From assembly GCA_965195345.1 (NCBI GenBank), contig OZ239628.1:96001-160000 (forward strand): a DNA stretch of 64,000 nucleotides, written 5' to 3'. Positions 29,657 through 43,264 of this stretch are shown here, piece after piece. The notes below the pieces were generated by a model, which saw only the letters and a list, made by a program, of their open reading frames with translations, did no database searches and had not been told where the DNA came from. The position numbers and the translations under genes are program-made. How positions within the stretch are numbered: position 1 is the first letter of the stretch; every line of letters begins with the position of its first letter. This stretch comes from an uncultured Thiomicrospira sp. Lineage in GTDB: Bacteria > Pseudomonadota > Gammaproteobacteria > CAKMZV01.

Positions 29657-30219
29657 CCTATCCTCGAATATTTAAGTAGCCGTTTTAAGTCCCGCAACAT
29701 CTGCTTTACATCTCGCTTATCGGATCGATATACCATCATAGCCATACCACTTGGGTCAACCAAAAAAATCAAATCGCCTTGCTCGGCAAACTTTTTCTCA
29801 AGTTGTGCGTACTGCGTTGCATCGACAACGACACTCTGAATATCTGAAATACCTGTGTTGTTTGGTACATATTGTTCAGCTAAAGGCTCTGTTGTAACAA
29901 AAATTGTTTGCACCCTACGCATGTTTTTATGGGCGAGGACGCGCACTGTTTCCGCAGTCTTTAATTGTTCAGCACAACGCTTTGAGCACTGTTTCGCAAA
30001 TACAACATAGCTCCACTTACCTCTAAAAAGAGGGCGATTATCATCCGATGTTGAAACGGTTCGTAAAGGCGAAATGAGATCGCCATAATTAGTGGTTGAA
30101 CCAGGACCAAAATTCAATACCCATTGAAAAAAGAACATCGCCAGCACGAGCGGAAGAATAAAGGCGAACGTTACTCCCCAAATAGTCTTTTTATTCTTAT
30201 TTAACTTAGCATCATCCAT
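29653..30219 (-). CDS. Cytochrome oxidase assembly-associated membrane protein (SCO/thioredoxin-like)
   Basis: N-terminal TM, TNYGDLI.P, CSKRC, LVDPSG..MM.Y, DLKRLLKYSRIG; typical gene between SURF1 and ctaA/cyoE. Confidence 0.75.
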   Translation of the reverse strand: MDDAKLNKNKKTIWGVTFAFILPLVLAMFFFQWVLNFGPGSTTNYGDLISPLRTVSTSDDNRPLFRGKWSYVVFAKQCSKRCAEQLKTAETVRVLAHKNMRRVQTIFVTTEPLAEQYVPNNTGISDIQSVVVDATQYAQLEKKFAEQGDLIFLVDPSGMAMMVYRSDKRDVKQMLRDLKRLLKYSRIG

Positions 30220-30396
30220 AATTTCATTATCCTCAAATCAAACCGCATTCTACCCTAATAACAGCAACAGTTTAAAACGCTATCGAAAAAAACAGTTTCC
30301 TCAAAAATCACAGGCATAATGCTCATCTGAAACAACGACTCAACTGAAAAAGTCGAAAGAACAGTCTATATATACCCGTTTGAATATTTTTAACCA

Positions 30397-31290
30397 ATGA
30401 AATTAAACGCACCCAGTAGTACTTTTGCCTCCAGTGTGGTATTCCTTTCTTCTGCTCTTTGGGGGTTATACTGGTTACCTTTGCGACACCTTGAAAAACA
30501 AGGCATTGATTCAGGCTGGGCTATTCTTTTGATAAATGCTCCTGCAGCCATCGCAGCTGCATTTTACCTTTTGTGGCACTTTAAACGCTATAAAGCAGAA
30601 TTATTGCGCGCATTCCTCATCGGTTTATTTACTGGATTAGGTCTTGCATTATACGCTTCAGGACTGATCCACTCTTCTGTAGTGCGTGCCACACTCCTCT
30701 TTTATTTGACTTGTGTCTGGTCTACGTTAATTGGTTTCATCTGGTTAGCAGAGCGTGCAAACTGGCAAAGATGGGCCGCTATTTTTTCTGGACTGGCGGG
30801 CTTAGCGCTCATTGCCTCCGGTGGATCGAACGCCGCCGCCTTAAACATTGGTGATCTCTTCGCTCTTTTCTCTGGAATATCTTGGGCAATTGGAGCAGCA
30901 ATGATCAAGCGTTTCAACCAAACACCCGTTCCTAGTATTGTCACCTTTCAAATCTTTTTCACTTGTATCTTCGCTCTTTTATTAGCGAGCTTAGTAGGCA
31001 AAGTAGCACTTCCTGCTGTCTCCACAATCGTTGATCTTTCTCCAATAATATTAAGTTTTTCTTTCATCGTTGTCTTACCTACTTCTGCAGCAATTTTCTG
31101 GGCACAAAAGTTTCTATTCCCTGGGCGAGTTGGACTTTTAATGATGTCCGAAGTTTTAGTCGCCATTGTTAGCGCGAGCATTCTGCTCCCTGAAGAGTCA
31201 ATGAGTACTATTGAATGGGCTGGTGCAACACTCATAATATGCGCTTGCCTTATTGAAGTATTTTCAAACTCCAAAAAACACGCATCATAA
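30397..31290 (+). CDS. EamA/DMT-family transporter
   Basis: About 10 TM segments, LWGLYWLP, RATLLFY, GDLFAL.SG..WA, SEVLVA. Confidence 0.85.
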   Translation: MKLNAPSSTFASSVVFLSSALWGLYWLPLRHLEKQGIDSGWAILLINAPAAIAAAFYLLWHFKRYKAELLRAFLIGLFTGLGLALYASGLIHSSVVRATLLFYLTCVWSTLIGFIWLAERANWQRWAAIFSGLAGLALIASGGSNAAALNIGDLFALFSGISWAIGAAMIKRFNQTPVPSIVTFQIFFTCIFALLLASLVGKVALPAVSTIVDLSPIILSFSFIVVLPTSAAIFWAQKFLFPGRVGLLMMSEVLVAIVSASILLPEESMSTIEWAGATLIICACLIEVFSNSKKHAS

Positions 31291-31389
31291 TTAAAAACAA
31301 ACAACAGCAAATAACCATTTTAACTAATGCTTCTGTTTGCTTTCCTCATAGACCACTTCTAAGCCTCTCTTCTCGTTGAGTAATATATA

Positions 31390-32118
31390 TCAGTTAGGGT
31401 GGGCTTTTTTGCTGTTTAAAGCAACGAACAATACCATCAGTACTAAAGCAAAGGCAAACCATTGCAAAGCATACCCTCTGTGTTTACGTGTATCCCCATA
31501 AACCACCTTCCATTGCCGAAGTAGACCATCGTTTTGGCTTGATTCCAAGTGGATGATACTTGCAGCCAGAGGCTTTGAAAAATATTTTTGTAAATCCTTT
31601 GTATCAACGACCTGCATTATCTTTGGCCATGCTGCGCTCTCTATATCACCACTCAAAGAGAAACGCCTAAGTGGCAGTGCCGTTCTACCTGCTATCTCTA
31701 CTATCCCAGATGACAAAGGAGGTAAATCGGGCAACGTTTTTGATCCTATTCCCCATGCTTTCCACCCCCTATCAACTAAAACAACTTGATTCGACAACAG
31801 TTCAAAAGCGCTCAAAACACTAAAACCACTCACGCCGTTTTGCAAAACATTATCTTGTATAAACAATCGCTTCTCAAGCCAACGGCCTTTTGCAATGACT
31901 TGCCTATTAATATCCTTGCTTGATAATTTTTCAAAAGATACAGGAGCATATTGACTTTCACGTTGATACTGCTCAATTCTCTGCTCTTTTTCCTTGGCGC
32001 GCTCGAGTTGCCAAATTCCAAGTGCTATGAAAGTGCAAAATCCTGTGATAAATAAAATCCAAAATGTCAAACTAGGTGCAAAAATACGCCCTAAAAAGTG
32101 AATTTTGACTGAACGCAT
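31390..32118 (-). CDS. SURF1-family cytochrome oxidase biogenesis protein
   Basis: LGIWQLERA..K, VLVDRGW, HRGYALQWF. Confidence 0.9.
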   Translation of the reverse strand: MRSVKIHFLGRIFAPSLTFWILFITGFCTFIALGIWQLERAKEKEQRIEQYQRESQYAPVSFEKLSSKDINRQVIAKGRWLEKRLFIQDNVLQNGVSGFSVLSAFELLSNQVVLVDRGWKAWGIGSKTLPDLPPLSSGIVEIAGRTALPLRRFSLSGDIESAAWPKIMQVVDTKDLQKYFSKPLAASIIHLESSQNDGLLRQWKVVYGDTRKHRGYALQWFAFALVLMVLFVALNSKKAHPN

Positions 32119-32123
32119 TTCTC

Positions 32124-32330
32124 TTAAAATCCTGGATTATTTGGGCTAATCCATCCCATATAGTTCCCTAAAATGAGTAATGCAAATAAAACAATAGACA
32201 ACCCTATTCGAAAAGACAAGGAGCGAACCATGTTCTTTGAACCTGAACCACCTTCACGCACCAAATAATAAACTGCTGAAAACAGCGAGTAAAGAATGGC
32301 AACCAACACCGCACCGATTATTACTTTCAT
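32124..32330 (-). CDS. Twin-transmembrane small protein (DUF2909-like)
   Basis: ILYSLFSA.YYL...MVRSLSFRIGLS...GWISP. Confidence 0.8.
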   Translation of the reverse strand: MKVIIGAVLVAILYSLFSAVYYLVREGGSGSKNMVRSLSFRIGLSIVLFALLILGNYMGWISPNNPGF

Positions 32331-32353
32331 AAGTTACCTTGCATCAATCACCT

Positions 32354-34516
<2,163 letters not shown>

Positions 34517-34538
34517 ATCAATGCGGATAAATGTAAAT

Positions 34539-34790
34539 CTAAACAACATTGACAAACATTCTGCTATGCGGTCCTTTGCGATTAAATTGAACCACACCAT
34601 CTTCAGTAGCAAATAAAGTGTCATCTTTTCCACGCATAACATTGCCACCTGCATGAAATTTCGTTCCTCGTTGTCTAACTAGGATATTCCCTGCTCTGAC
34701 AACTTGTCCACCATATCGCTTCACGCCCAATCTTTGAGCATTAGAATCACGACCATTTCTTGTACTTCCCGCTGCTTTTTTATGTGCCAT
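34539..34790 (-). CDS. rpmA: 50S ribosomal protein L27
   Basis: [16 protein letters not shown]...LGVK.YGG...[10 protein letters not shown]. Confidence 0.98.
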   Translation of the reverse strand: MAHKKAAGSTRNGRDSNAQRLGVKRYGGQVVRAGNILVRQRGTKFHAGGNVMRGKDDTLFATEDGVVQFNRKGPHSRMFVNVV

Positions 34791-34800
34791 GCGTCCTCCT

Positions 34801-35112
34801 TCAGGCTTTAATAGCCTTTATTCTTAATTCTGTGTAATACTGTCTATGACCTTGCTTTGTCATGGAGTCCTTACGTCGACGAAATTTGATAACATTGATT
34901 TTCTTTTCACGACCGTGATCAATAACATCAGCAGTTACTTTTGCTCCTTCTACTAAAGGGCTTCCAACCATCAGTTTATCGCCTTCTCCAACAGCCAATA
35001 CTTGATCAAATTCAATGACACTATCCTTCTCAACTTCAAGTTTTTCAACTCGAATTTTTTCACCTTCTGCTATGCGGTACTGTTTCCCGCCTGTTTTTAT
35101 TACTGCGTACAT
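34801..35112 (-). CDS. rplU: 50S ribosomal protein L21
   Basis: [12 protein letters not shown]...GHRQYYT. Confidence 0.98.
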   Translation of the reverse strand: MYAVIKTGGKQYRIAEGEKIRVEKLEVEKDSVIEFDQVLAVGEGDKLMVGSPLVEGAKVTADVIDHGREKKINVIKFRRRKDSMTKQGHRQYYTELRIKAIKA

Positions 35113-35346
35113 TCAGCTACTCCTGTAACATCTTAATTTATCCCCAAACAAAAATGAGCAATGCCACTGAATATTTTTAACATCCACTTTTTAAGGATGT
35201 TAAAACACAGGCTGACTTCTCACTAAAAAGGGGCGAGATTGTAGCATACAATCAACATGTTACTAGTACCATTTTTTCTTTTTAACGCAACTTGTATATA
35301 CTGTTCTGATTGCAAGTAAAATACCTCGTTTTTCCGCATTAATCCT

Positions 35347-38157
35347 ATGAGTACTAAAACCATCTCGATACGTGGCGCTCGCACACACAATTTAAAAAAC
35401 ATTGACATCGATATTCCTCGAGATAATTTAGTCGTCATTACTGGGCTTTCTGGTTCGGGTAAATCGTCTTTAGCTTTTGACACCATATACGCTGAAGGGC
35501 AAAGACGCTATGTTGAATCGCTCTCATCGTATGCTCGACAATTTCTGTCAATGATGAATAAGCCAGATATTGACCACATCGAAGGATTATCTCCAGCCAT
35601 CTCTATTGATCAAAAGTCTGCCTCTCACAACCCGCGCTCAACCGTTGGAACGGTAACCGAAATATACGATTATTTGCGTCTGTTATTTGCGCGCATCGGT
35701 AAACCTCGTTGTCCTACACACAATATCGAACTGAATGCGCAAACCGTTCGTCAAATGGTACAGCAGATTATGGAGCAACCTGAAGGAACTAAGTTGATGC
35801 TGCTTGCTCCAATTGTTAGAAATCGTAAGGGAGAGCATTCAGCAATGTTGGAAGGTTTATTTTCTCAAGGTTTTGTTCGTGCCATCATAGATGGAAAAGA
35901 AGTGATGCTTGAGTCTTTACCCACTATAAATGCAAAACGCAAACACAATATAGATATTGTTATTGATCGTTTTAAAGTCAATACAGACATGCAGAGTCGA
36001 CTGAGCGAATCCATTGAGACTGCTCTCCGCTTAGGGGGTGATATGGCCGTTGTTGTGGGTATGGATAGCGATATCCGATTAACATTTTCTGCACGTTTTG
36101 CTTGCCCTGAATGTGGTTACACCCTTGGAGACCTTGAGCCTCGATTGTTTTCATTTAACAGTCCACAAGGTGCTTGTTCCCATTGCGATGGTTTAGGTCG
36201 AATCGCTTTTTTTGACCCCATGCGCGTCGTCACCAATCCCAATGTAAGCCTCTCAGAGGGTGCTATTGCTGGTTGGAGTAAAACCCTATCCTATTATTTC
36301 TCCATACTTGAGGCGGTTGCTCAGCATTATGATATTGATATGGACAAACCATATCACTCTTTGAGTGAGGAGCATAAGGAAATCATACTCTTTGGTAGTG
36401 GTACTACACGGATAAAAATGCCCCATGGGCGCTACAGCAACGTTCGTCCATTTGAAGGTGTTGTTAATAACTACGAGCGGCGGTATAACGAGAGCGACAG
36501 TAAACAAATGCGCGAGGAATTGGGGCATTATCGTGTAGTTGATAATTGCAGAAAATGCATGGGGAATCGTCTAAATGAATCTGCGCGTAATGTATGGATC
36601 AAAAATAAAAATCTGCCTGAAATAACCAATTGGTCTATTGAAAATTCGCATCAGTTTTTCAATACTATCGAACTCAGCGGTATGGAGCATCAAATTGCCG
36701 AAAAAATCATTCAAGAAATCAGCAATCGTCTGTCCTTTCTTGTTAACGTTGGACTGGGTTACTTAAGTCTTTCTCGTAGTGCTGACACTCTTTCTGGAGG
36801 AGAGGCTCAACGCATACGCCTTGCCAGTCAAATTGGAGCAGGCTTGGTTGGTGTCATGTACGTGCTTGACGAACCATCTATTGGTTTGCATCAAAGGGAC
36901 AATCACAAATTGTTAGCGACGCTCAAGCATTTGAAAAGCATAGGAAATACTGTTATTGTGGTCGAACACGATGAAGAAACCATCAAAAGTGCTGACATTG
37001 TCGTCGATATAGGCCCGTTTGCTGGAGAACATGGTGGCGAAGTGATGCACTGTGGAACGCCCGAAAAACTGCTTACAACAGGAAAGTCATTAACTGCTGA
37101 CTATTTAAACGGCAAGAAAAAAATTGCAACCCCTTCAAAAAGGCTGCCTATTGACAAAAAAATGTTGATCAAAGTTCGAGGTGCTTCTGGGAATAATTTA
37201 CAAAATATCGATGTTGATATTCCCATAGGAATTATGTCTTGCATCACTGGCGTTTCAGGCTCAGGAAAATCGACACTAATCAATCAAACCTTGTTGCCAA
37301 TGGCATCTCATGAAATAAATCGATCCTCGCTACGCTCTAAACCCTTCGATAGCATTGAAGGATTGCAACATTTTGATAAAATAATAGACATTAATCAAAG
37401 CCCTATTGGTCGCACTCCTCGATCCAATCCAGCCACGTATGTAGGTCTATTCACTTTAATACGTGAATTATTTGCTAGTACACGGGAATCTCGCGTGCGT
37501 GGATTTAACCCTGGTCGCTTTAGTTTCAACGTGCGTGGTGGTCGTTGTGAAGCTTGCCAAGGTGATGGGCTTATTCGCGTTGAAATGCATTTCCTATCTG
37601 ATGTATATGTTATGTGTGAGGAATGTCAAGGAAAGCGCTATAACGAACAAACCTTGGAAGTCCTCTACAACAATAAGTCCATTGCTGATATCCTTGATCT
37701 AACCATAGAAGAGGCACTGGATTTTTTTGACTCCATCCCCATATTAAAAAGGAAACTAAAAACACTGGTGGATGTTGGCTTAAGCTATATTAGGCTTGGA
37801 CAAAGCGCAACAACCTTATCCGGTGGAGAGGCGCAAAGAATTAAGTTGGCAAAAGAGCTTTCTCGCAAGGATACTGCAAAAACGCTTTACATGTTGGATG
37901 AACCGACAACAGGGTTGCATTTCCATGACATTTCGCTATTGTTAGATGTGCTTGTGAAATTGCGGGATAAAGGCAATACAATTATTATTATTGAACATAA
38001 TTTGGATGTTATAAAAACAGCTGACTGGGTGATTGACTTAGGACCCGAAGGAGGCGCATCAGGTGGTCAGATAGTGGCTGTTGGAACGCCTGAAAAAGTT
38101 GCTGAGAATACCTCCTCCTATACGGGGCAATTTTTAAAACCCTTGCTCACTGGATGA
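35347..38157 (+). CDS. uvrA: Excinuclease ABC subunit A
   Basis: [23 protein letters not shown], two LSGGEAQR signatures, zinc-finger CXXC motifs. Confidence 0.98.
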   Translation: MSTKTISIRGARTHNLKNIDIDIPRDNLVVITGLSGSGKSSLAFDTIYAEGQRRYVESLSSYARQFLSMMNKPDIDHIEGLSPAISIDQKSASHNPRSTVGTVTEIYDYLRLLFARIGKPRCPTHNIELNAQTVRQMVQQIMEQPEGTKLMLLAPIVRNRKGEHSAMLEGLFSQGFVRAIIDGKEVMLESLPTINAKRKHNIDIVIDRFKVNTDMQSRLSESIETALRLGGDMAVVVGMDSDIRLTFSARFACPECGYTLGDLEPRLFSFNSPQGACSHCDGLGRIAFFDPMRVVTNPNVSLSEGAIAGWSKTLSYYFSILEAVAQHYDIDMDKPYHSLSEEHKEIILFGSGTTRIKMPHGRYSNVRPFEGVVNNYERRYNESDSKQMREELGHYRVVDNCRKCMGNRLNESARNVWIKNKNLPEITNWSIENSHQFFNTIELSGMEHQIAEKIIQEISNRLSFLVNVGLGYLSLSRSADTLSGGEAQRIRLASQIGAGLVGVMYVLDEPSIGLHQRDNHKLLATLKHLKSIGNTVIVVEHDEETIKSADIVVDIGPFAGEHGGEVMHCGTPEKLLTTGKSLTADYLNGKKKIATPSKRLPIDKKMLIKVRGASGNNLQNIDVDIPIGIMSCITGVSGSGKSTLINQTLLPMASHEINRSSLRSKPFDSIEGLQHFDKIIDINQSPIGRTPRSNPATYVGLFTLIRELFASTRESRVRGFNPGRFSFNVRGGRCEACQGDGLIRVEMHFLSDVYVMCEECQGKRYNEQTLEVLYNNKSIADILDLTIEEALDFFDSIPILKRKLKTLVDVGLSYIRLGQSATTLSGGEAQRIKLAKELSRKDTAKTLYMLDEPTTGLHFHDISLLLDVLVKLRDKGNTIIIIEHNLDVIKTADWVIDLGPEGGASGGQIVAVGTPEKVAENTSSYTGQFLKPLLTG

Positions 38158-38285
38158 TGAAAAACAGTCCCCTGCGAAAAAACAGTCATCATGCAATAAA
38201 ATTTGCGTATATATAAAATTCCAATGCCATCTATTAAAAGACATTACAAATATAATGATAAAAAACCCAATATAAAAAAATTATT

Positions 38286-39605
38286 ATGACACCTCGTGAA
38301 ATAGTCGCTCAATTAGACCAACATATCATCGGACAAGAAGAGGCTAAAAAAGCCATTGCCGTAGCTGTACGCAATCGCTGGCGTCGCCAACAGGTTGATC
38401 CTGAATTACAGCAAGAAATCATGCCGAAAAACATCCTGATGATCGGACCAACTGGGGTAGGGAAAACTGAAATATCGCGAAGACTGGCTAAATTGGTGCA
38501 TGCCCCTTTTATAAAAGTTGAAGCTACTAAGTTCACTCAAATTGGCTATGTGGGTAAAAACGTTGACTCCATCATTCGGGATCTTACCGAAGTTGCTTAT
38601 AACGAAACACGTGATGCAGCTGTCGCTGCACTGCACGCCAAAGCTGAAATAGCTGCTGAAGAAACTTTGTTGGATAAACTACTTCCCAATATAACGACAA
38701 GTGAAGTAACCGATTCAGTTAATGCGCGCGAAAAAATGCGCCAAAGCCGAGAAAAAATGCGGATTAAACTTCGTGCTGGAGAATTGGACGACTCAATGGT
38801 TGAAATAGCCGCTCCCAGCCATAATGTCGTGCATTTAATGGGTCACCCTGGAATGGAAGAGATGACCGATCAATTGCAACAAATGCTTGGCAATCTTCCC
38901 AAAAAAAATGCTCCGCGTAAAATTAAAATAAAAGATGCATGGAAGATACTTATTGAACAAGAAGCTGCTGCACTTCTTGATGAGGAGGAAGTTCGCCAGA
39001 ACGCCATATACAATGTAGAACAAAATGGTATCGTTTTCATAGATGAATTCGACAAGATAACCGACAATGCAAGCACACATGGTGATGTTTCTCGTGAAGG
39101 CGTACAACGGGACTTACTTCCTCTGATAGAAGGATGCACGATAAACACCAAATTTGGAAATATCAAAACAGATCACATCCTTTTTGTCGCATCTGGCGCT
39201 TTTCATCAAACCAAACCCAGCGACCTTATTGCCGAAATCCAAGGACGCCTACCCATTCGAGTTGAACTTAAATCATTGACGATTGAAGACTTTAAAAAAA
39301 TTCTCAACAATACGCGCCACCCCCTACTTACTCAATACTCTGCCATGCTTAAAGCAGACGGCATTCAATTAAAGTGGCTTGAAGATGGTATAACCCGTAT
39401 TGTTGAAATTGCGTGGGAGATTAATGAGCGTCAAGAGAACATCGGAGCAAGGCGACTTCATACCGTACTCGAACGTTTATTGACTGAAATCAGCTATGAA
39501 GCACCAGACACTAAAAACAAGACCCTCAATATTAATGCTTCATACGTTGATGAACAACTTGGAAAACTGATTAAAGATAAAGATCTTGCCCAATTCATCC
39601 TATAA
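38286..39605 (+). CDS. hslU: ATP-dependent protease ATPase subunit HslU
   Basis: MTPREIV..LD..IIGQ, GPTGVGKTE, GYVG, REGVQRDLLP, ENIGARRL, C-terminal DLAQFIL. Confidence 0.96.
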   Translation: MTPREIVAQLDQHIIGQEEAKKAIAVAVRNRWRRQQVDPELQQEIMPKNILMIGPTGVGKTEISRRLAKLVHAPFIKVEATKFTQIGYVGKNVDSIIRDLTEVAYNETRDAAVAALHAKAEIAAEETLLDKLLPNITTSEVTDSVNAREKMRQSREKMRIKLRAGELDDSMVEIAAPSHNVVHLMGHPGMEEMTDQLQQMLGNLPKKNAPRKIKIKDAWKILIEQEAAALLDEEEVRQNAIYNVEQNGIVFIDEFDKITDNASTHGDVSREGVQRDLLPLIEGCTINTKFGNIKTDHILFVASGAFHQTKPSDLIAEIQGRLPIRVELKSLTIEDFKKILNNTRHPLLTQYSAMLKADGIQLKWLEDGITRIVEIAWEINERQENIGARRLHTVLERLLTEISYEAPDTKNKTLNINASYVDEQLGKLIKDKDLAQFIL

Positions 39606-39615
39606 AGAAGAGCAT

Positions 39616-39984
39616 ATGAGTGCACCAACGCCCACCCTAATAAAATTAAGCAAAGATAAAAGCATGCTTGATGTGCATTTCATAGATGATCAATTTCGTT
39701 TTAGTGCTGAATTCCTACGGGTATTATCTCCTTCAGCTGAAGTGCAAGGTCATAGCCCTGAAACAGCCGTTTTACAAGTGGGAAAAGAAAACGTTCGTAT
39801 AAATAATATTGAACCTGTTGGCCACTACGCAATTCGGATATTGTTCGACGATGACCATTCAACGGGTATTTTTTCTTGGGATACTCTGCTTGATTACGGA
39901 AGAAACCAACAGAAGTTGTGGCAGCAATACCAACAGAAGTTGAGTGAGAAATCACCTAAATGCGCTCAATATCGACCACTATAA
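39616..39984 (+). CDS. DUF971 / GBBH-N-like protein
   Basis: AEFLRVLSPSAEVQGH, VGHYAI...FDDDHSTGIFSW; usual neighbour of hslU/ubiE. Confidence 0.88.
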   Translation: MSAPTPTLIKLSKDKSMLDVHFIDDQFRFSAEFLRVLSPSAEVQGHSPETAVLQVGKENVRINNIEPVGHYAIRILFDDDHSTGIFSWDTLLDYGRNQQKLWQQYQQKLSEKSPKCAQYRPL

Positions 39985-40724
39985 TGAATAAAAAAACAGA
40001 CTTTGGATTTACAGAAGTTCGTTGGGAAGAAAAGGCGGAACGCGTTCGGGACGTTTTTGACTCGGTTGCTGAGAAGTACGACACAATGAATGACTTAATG
40101 TCTTTCGGTGCGCATCGACTATGGAAACAGTTTTGTATTGAGTTTTGCAACCCTAAAAATGATGCAAAAATATTGGACTTGGCTGGTGGAACAGGGGACA
40201 TTGCTAAAAGATTAGCTCCTTTAATTGGAAAAGATGGTGAGATTATAATCTCCGATATTAATCAAAAAATGCTTGAAGTTGGCAAAAAGCGGTTGGAAAA
40301 CATAAAAAAATGCCCACTTTCTTTTGTTCAAGCAAACGCCGAGCAATTGCCTTTTCCTAACGAACGTTTTGACTTGATTACCATTGCATTTGGCCTACGT
40401 AACGTAACAGATAAGCAGCAAGCACTCAATGAAATGAAACGGTGCATCAAACCAGGTGGAAAACTTGCCATTTTAGAGTTTTCTAAGGTAGAGTCAAAAC
40501 TTCTCCAACAAGTTTATGATTTTTATAGTTTCCAAATACTACCAAAAATTGGGGCGTTTGTCGCCAAAGATGAAGATAGTTACCGCTATCTTGCAGAATC
40601 TATCAGAAAACATCCTGATCAACAAACGCTGAAATCAATGTTGGATGAGGCAGGATTCTCCCACACTGGATACTTAAATCTGAGCAATGGTATTGTCTCA
40701 ATCCATTATGGTTATGTCACTTAA
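39984..40724 (+). CDS. ubiE: Ubiquinone/menaquinone C-methyltransferase
   Basis: TDFGF, VFDSVA.KYD.MNDLMSFG.HRLWK, LDLAGGTGD, AFGLRNVT, SYRYLAESIR. Confidence 0.96.
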   Translation: MNKKTDFGFTEVRWEEKAERVRDVFDSVAEKYDTMNDLMSFGAHRLWKQFCIEFCNPKNDAKILDLAGGTGDIAKRLAPLIGKDGEIIISDINQKMLEVGKKRLENIKKCPLSFVQANAEQLPFPNERFDLITIAFGLRNVTDKQQALNEMKRCIKPGGKLAILEFSKVESKLLQQVYDFYSFQILPKIGAFVAKDEDSYRYLAESIRKHPDQQTLKSMLDEAGFSHTGYLNLSNGIVSIHYGYVT

Positions 40725-41190
40725 CAACTTGCATCGTCTAAACAAAGGCATTGATCAAATAATCGCCTGTGACGACCGCGCCGTCGAAATACTTGGGGGT
40801 TTAAAAAACAGCACTATCAAATGGGATGTTCGTAATTGGGGCATGCATGTCTTCTGCACAGTTATAGACGGGAAATTAAACATCCATTTTTCTCATTCTA
40901 CTGCTGATTGTTGCATCCTAGCAACCCCCACTGAAATGCTGAAAGCTCTAAAATCCAAAGATATTAGTGCGTTAGAGACTTCTGGGTCCCAAGCAACTGC
41001 CCAATCTCTTTTTGAGTTACTTTTCTCACTCAAAATAGAATGGGAAAACTGGCTAGCTGATTACATACCGCCATTGCTCGTTAATGCCTCTTCATATAAA
41101 ATTAAAATCATTAAAAAATACGTTCGCGATAAGAAAGAACACTTGAAAAATGATTGGTATAGTTTCGTCAACGAAGAAAATTGCAAATAA
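40714..41190 (+). CDS. ubiJ: UbiJ-like SCP2 lipid-binding protein (divergent, short)
   Basis: Position directly after ubiE; L.IEWE.WLA resembles the UbiJ DWEE.L motif. Confidence 0.55.
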   Translation: MSLNNLHRLNKGIDQIIACDDRAVEILGGLKNSTIKWDVRNWGMHVFCTVIDGKLNIHFSHSTADCCILATPTEMLKALKSKDISALETSGSQATAQSLFELLFSLKIEWENWLADYIPPLLVNASSYKIKIIKKYVRDKKEHLKNDWYSFVNEENCK

Positions 41191-41351
41191 AACGGCTTCT
41201 TATATATGAGATGGCATTTGATGCTTCATCTTTAATTAAATGAATGAGTATATCCAATGACTTAAAAAATCAATTTAGTCACGCGTACCCCTAATCTTTT
41301 GTGGAGACTAAAGACGTATGCACCCCATATAATTCCATTTATTCGAATCTG

Positions 41352-42059
41352 TTAATTAAGCAGACACACACTAAGGGCAGCAATAGCAGCCGTTTCTGAT
41401 TTTAATACGTTATTTGAAAGCTTGCAGATTTTTGCGCCATTTGCGCTAGCAGTTTCGACTTCTTGATCTGAAAACCCTCCCTCTGGGCCAATAGCTAACC
41501 ACTGCGTTTGTTGACTAAAATGCTGCGACCAGTGTACTGTGGCTAAGTGATGAAAAAAACAACACCCAAGCATCAAATCTTCAACTTCTTCAAATACTCG
41601 AATTGGATGAATGACGGGCAAAAGTGCTCTACCACTTTGTTCACAAGCGGCAATAGCAACCTGTTGCCAATGCTGGTGCCGCTTTAATTTCTTTTCATCA
41701 TTAAGTTTTACTACACTGAAGCGTGTTTCTATTGGTTGAATTTCAGTAACTCCTAATTCAACAGCTTTTTGAATAATCCAATCCATTTTTTCACCTTTAA
41801 CGAGCGATTGAATTAAACCAATTTGTAGAGTAGGTAACCGATTATTTATTGAGACAGATTGAATACTCACCTGTGCGGTTTTTTTATTGATTATTTGTAA
41901 AACGCCTAAATAATCTTTGCCATTGCCATTAAATAATTCAACCATTGCTCCTGCTTTTAGACGAAGAACGGTTACTAAATGACGAGATGCCGATGTGGGC
42001 AGTTCCACTCTATCACCCGCATCGAAGATGGCTTTTATATAAATTCTGGGATATTGCAA
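41352..42059 (-). CDS. rsmE: 16S rRNA m3U1498 methyltransferase
   Basis: HLVTVLRL, KGEKMDWIIQKAVELGV, ACEQSGR, IGPEGGFS, LKSETA. Confidence 0.95.
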   Translation of the reverse strand: MQYPRIYIKAIFDAGDRVELPTSASRHLVTVLRLKAGAMVELFNGNGKDYLGVLQIINKKTAQVSIQSVSINNRLPTLQIGLIQSLVKGEKMDWIIQKAVELGVTEIQPIETRFSVVKLNDEKKLKRHQHWQQVAIAACEQSGRALLPVIHPIRVFEEVEDLMLGCCFFHHLATVHWSQHFSQQTQWLAIGPEGGFSDQEVETASANGAKICKLSNNVLKSETAAIAALSVCLLN

Positions 42060-42068
42060 ATGAACTAA

Positions 42069-43217
42069 CTAATCGGCTAAATGTTTGGCTAGATCTGTAG
42101 CCTCCCATGGCAAATCAACATCTTCACGCCCAAAATGGCCATAAGCCGTAGTTTGCTTATATATGGGACGCAATAGATCAAAGTGTTTGATTATGCCACT
42201 TGGTCTAAAGTCCATGTTCTCATTAAGCCGTTGGCGAATCGCCTCATCAGAAATTTTTCCAGTCCCAAAAGTATTAACGTAGATAGAAACAGGCTCAATG
42301 ACCCCAATGGCGTAAGCTAACTGAATTTCACAACGGCTTGCTAACCCAGAAGCCACTATATTCTTCGCCGCATACCGAGCAGCGTAGGCAGCAGAACGAT
42401 CAACTTTAGAGGGGTCTTTACCTGAAAAAGCACCCCCACCATGGCGTGCACTTCCACCGTACGTATCTACGATAATTTTTCTTCCAGTTAATCCACAGTC
42501 GCCTACAGGTCCGCCTATTACGAACCGACCCGTAGGGTTGATGTGATATTGTGTGTCTTTATGTAGGAGTTCTGCTGGTAAAACTGAATATATGATTTCT
42601 TCCCTTACGGCTTCTTTAATTTCCTTATCGCTGACTTCTGGATCGTGTTGCGTTGACAAAACAACGGCATCTATGGAAACAGGCTTCCCATTTTCGTAGC
42701 GAAAAGAAACCTGGCTTTTTGCATCTGGGCGCAACCATGGTATTTTTTTGTTTTTTCTTAATTCAGACTGTTTACGCATGAGTGCGTGTGCATACGTTAT
42801 CGGAGCAGGCATCAATACTTTCGTTTCGTCACAAGCATAGCCAAACATTATTCCTTGGTCGCCTGCCCCTATATTTGGATCGCTCAAATCTTTATCAACA
42901 CCTTGAGCAATATCTGGAGATTGTTTACCAATCGCCGAAAGAACAGAGCATACTTGTCCATCAAAACCAAGAGATCCTGAATCGTAACCTACAGCTTTGA
43001 TCTCTTTCCGAACTAACGCTTCGAGATCAATCCAACTTCTCGTACTGATTTCACCGGCGACTAGAACCATGCCCGTTTTAACTAATACTTCGCAAGCAAC
43101 CCGTGCTTTTACATCCTGAGCAATTATTGCATCAAGTACAGCATCGGAAATGCGATCTGCTACTTTGTCAGGATGTCCTTCGGAAACCGATTCGGATGAA
43201 AATAGAAAGCCAGTCAT
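42069..43217 (-). CDS. metK: S-adenosylmethionine synthetase
   Basis: [39 protein letters not shown]; probable ATG at 43217. Confidence 0.98.
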   Translation of the reverse strand: MTGFLFSSESVSEGHPDKVADRISDAVLDAIIAQDVKARVACEVLVKTGMVLVAGEISTRSWIDLEALVRKEIKAVGYDSGSLGFDGQVCSVLSAIGKQSPDIAQGVDKDLSDPNIGAGDQGIMFGYACDETKVLMPAPITYAHALMRKQSELRKNKKIPWLRPDAKSQVSFRYENGKPVSIDAVVLSTQHDPEVSDKEIKEAVREEIIYSVLPAELLHKDTQYHINPTGRFVIGGPVGDCGLTGRKIIVDTYGGSARHGGGAFSGKDPSKVDRSAAYAARYAAKNIVASGLASRCEIQLAYAIGVIEPVSIYVNTFGTGKISDEAIRQRLNENMDFRPSGIIKHFDLLRPIYKQTTAYGHFGREDVDLPWEATDLAKHLAD

Positions 43218-43264
43218 AGTTAGAATTGTAAGAGATTGAAACCAAAGTATTATAATGCACCACC

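Noticed and set aside
35291-35320. LexA (SOS) box upstream of uvrA
   Set aside because: Best match CTGTTCTGATTGCAAG deviates from CTGT-N8-ACAG; not supportable
43218-43264. SAM riboswitch upstream of metK
   Set aside because: Only 47 nt separate metK from the divergent esterase and no SAM-II/V pattern was recognised
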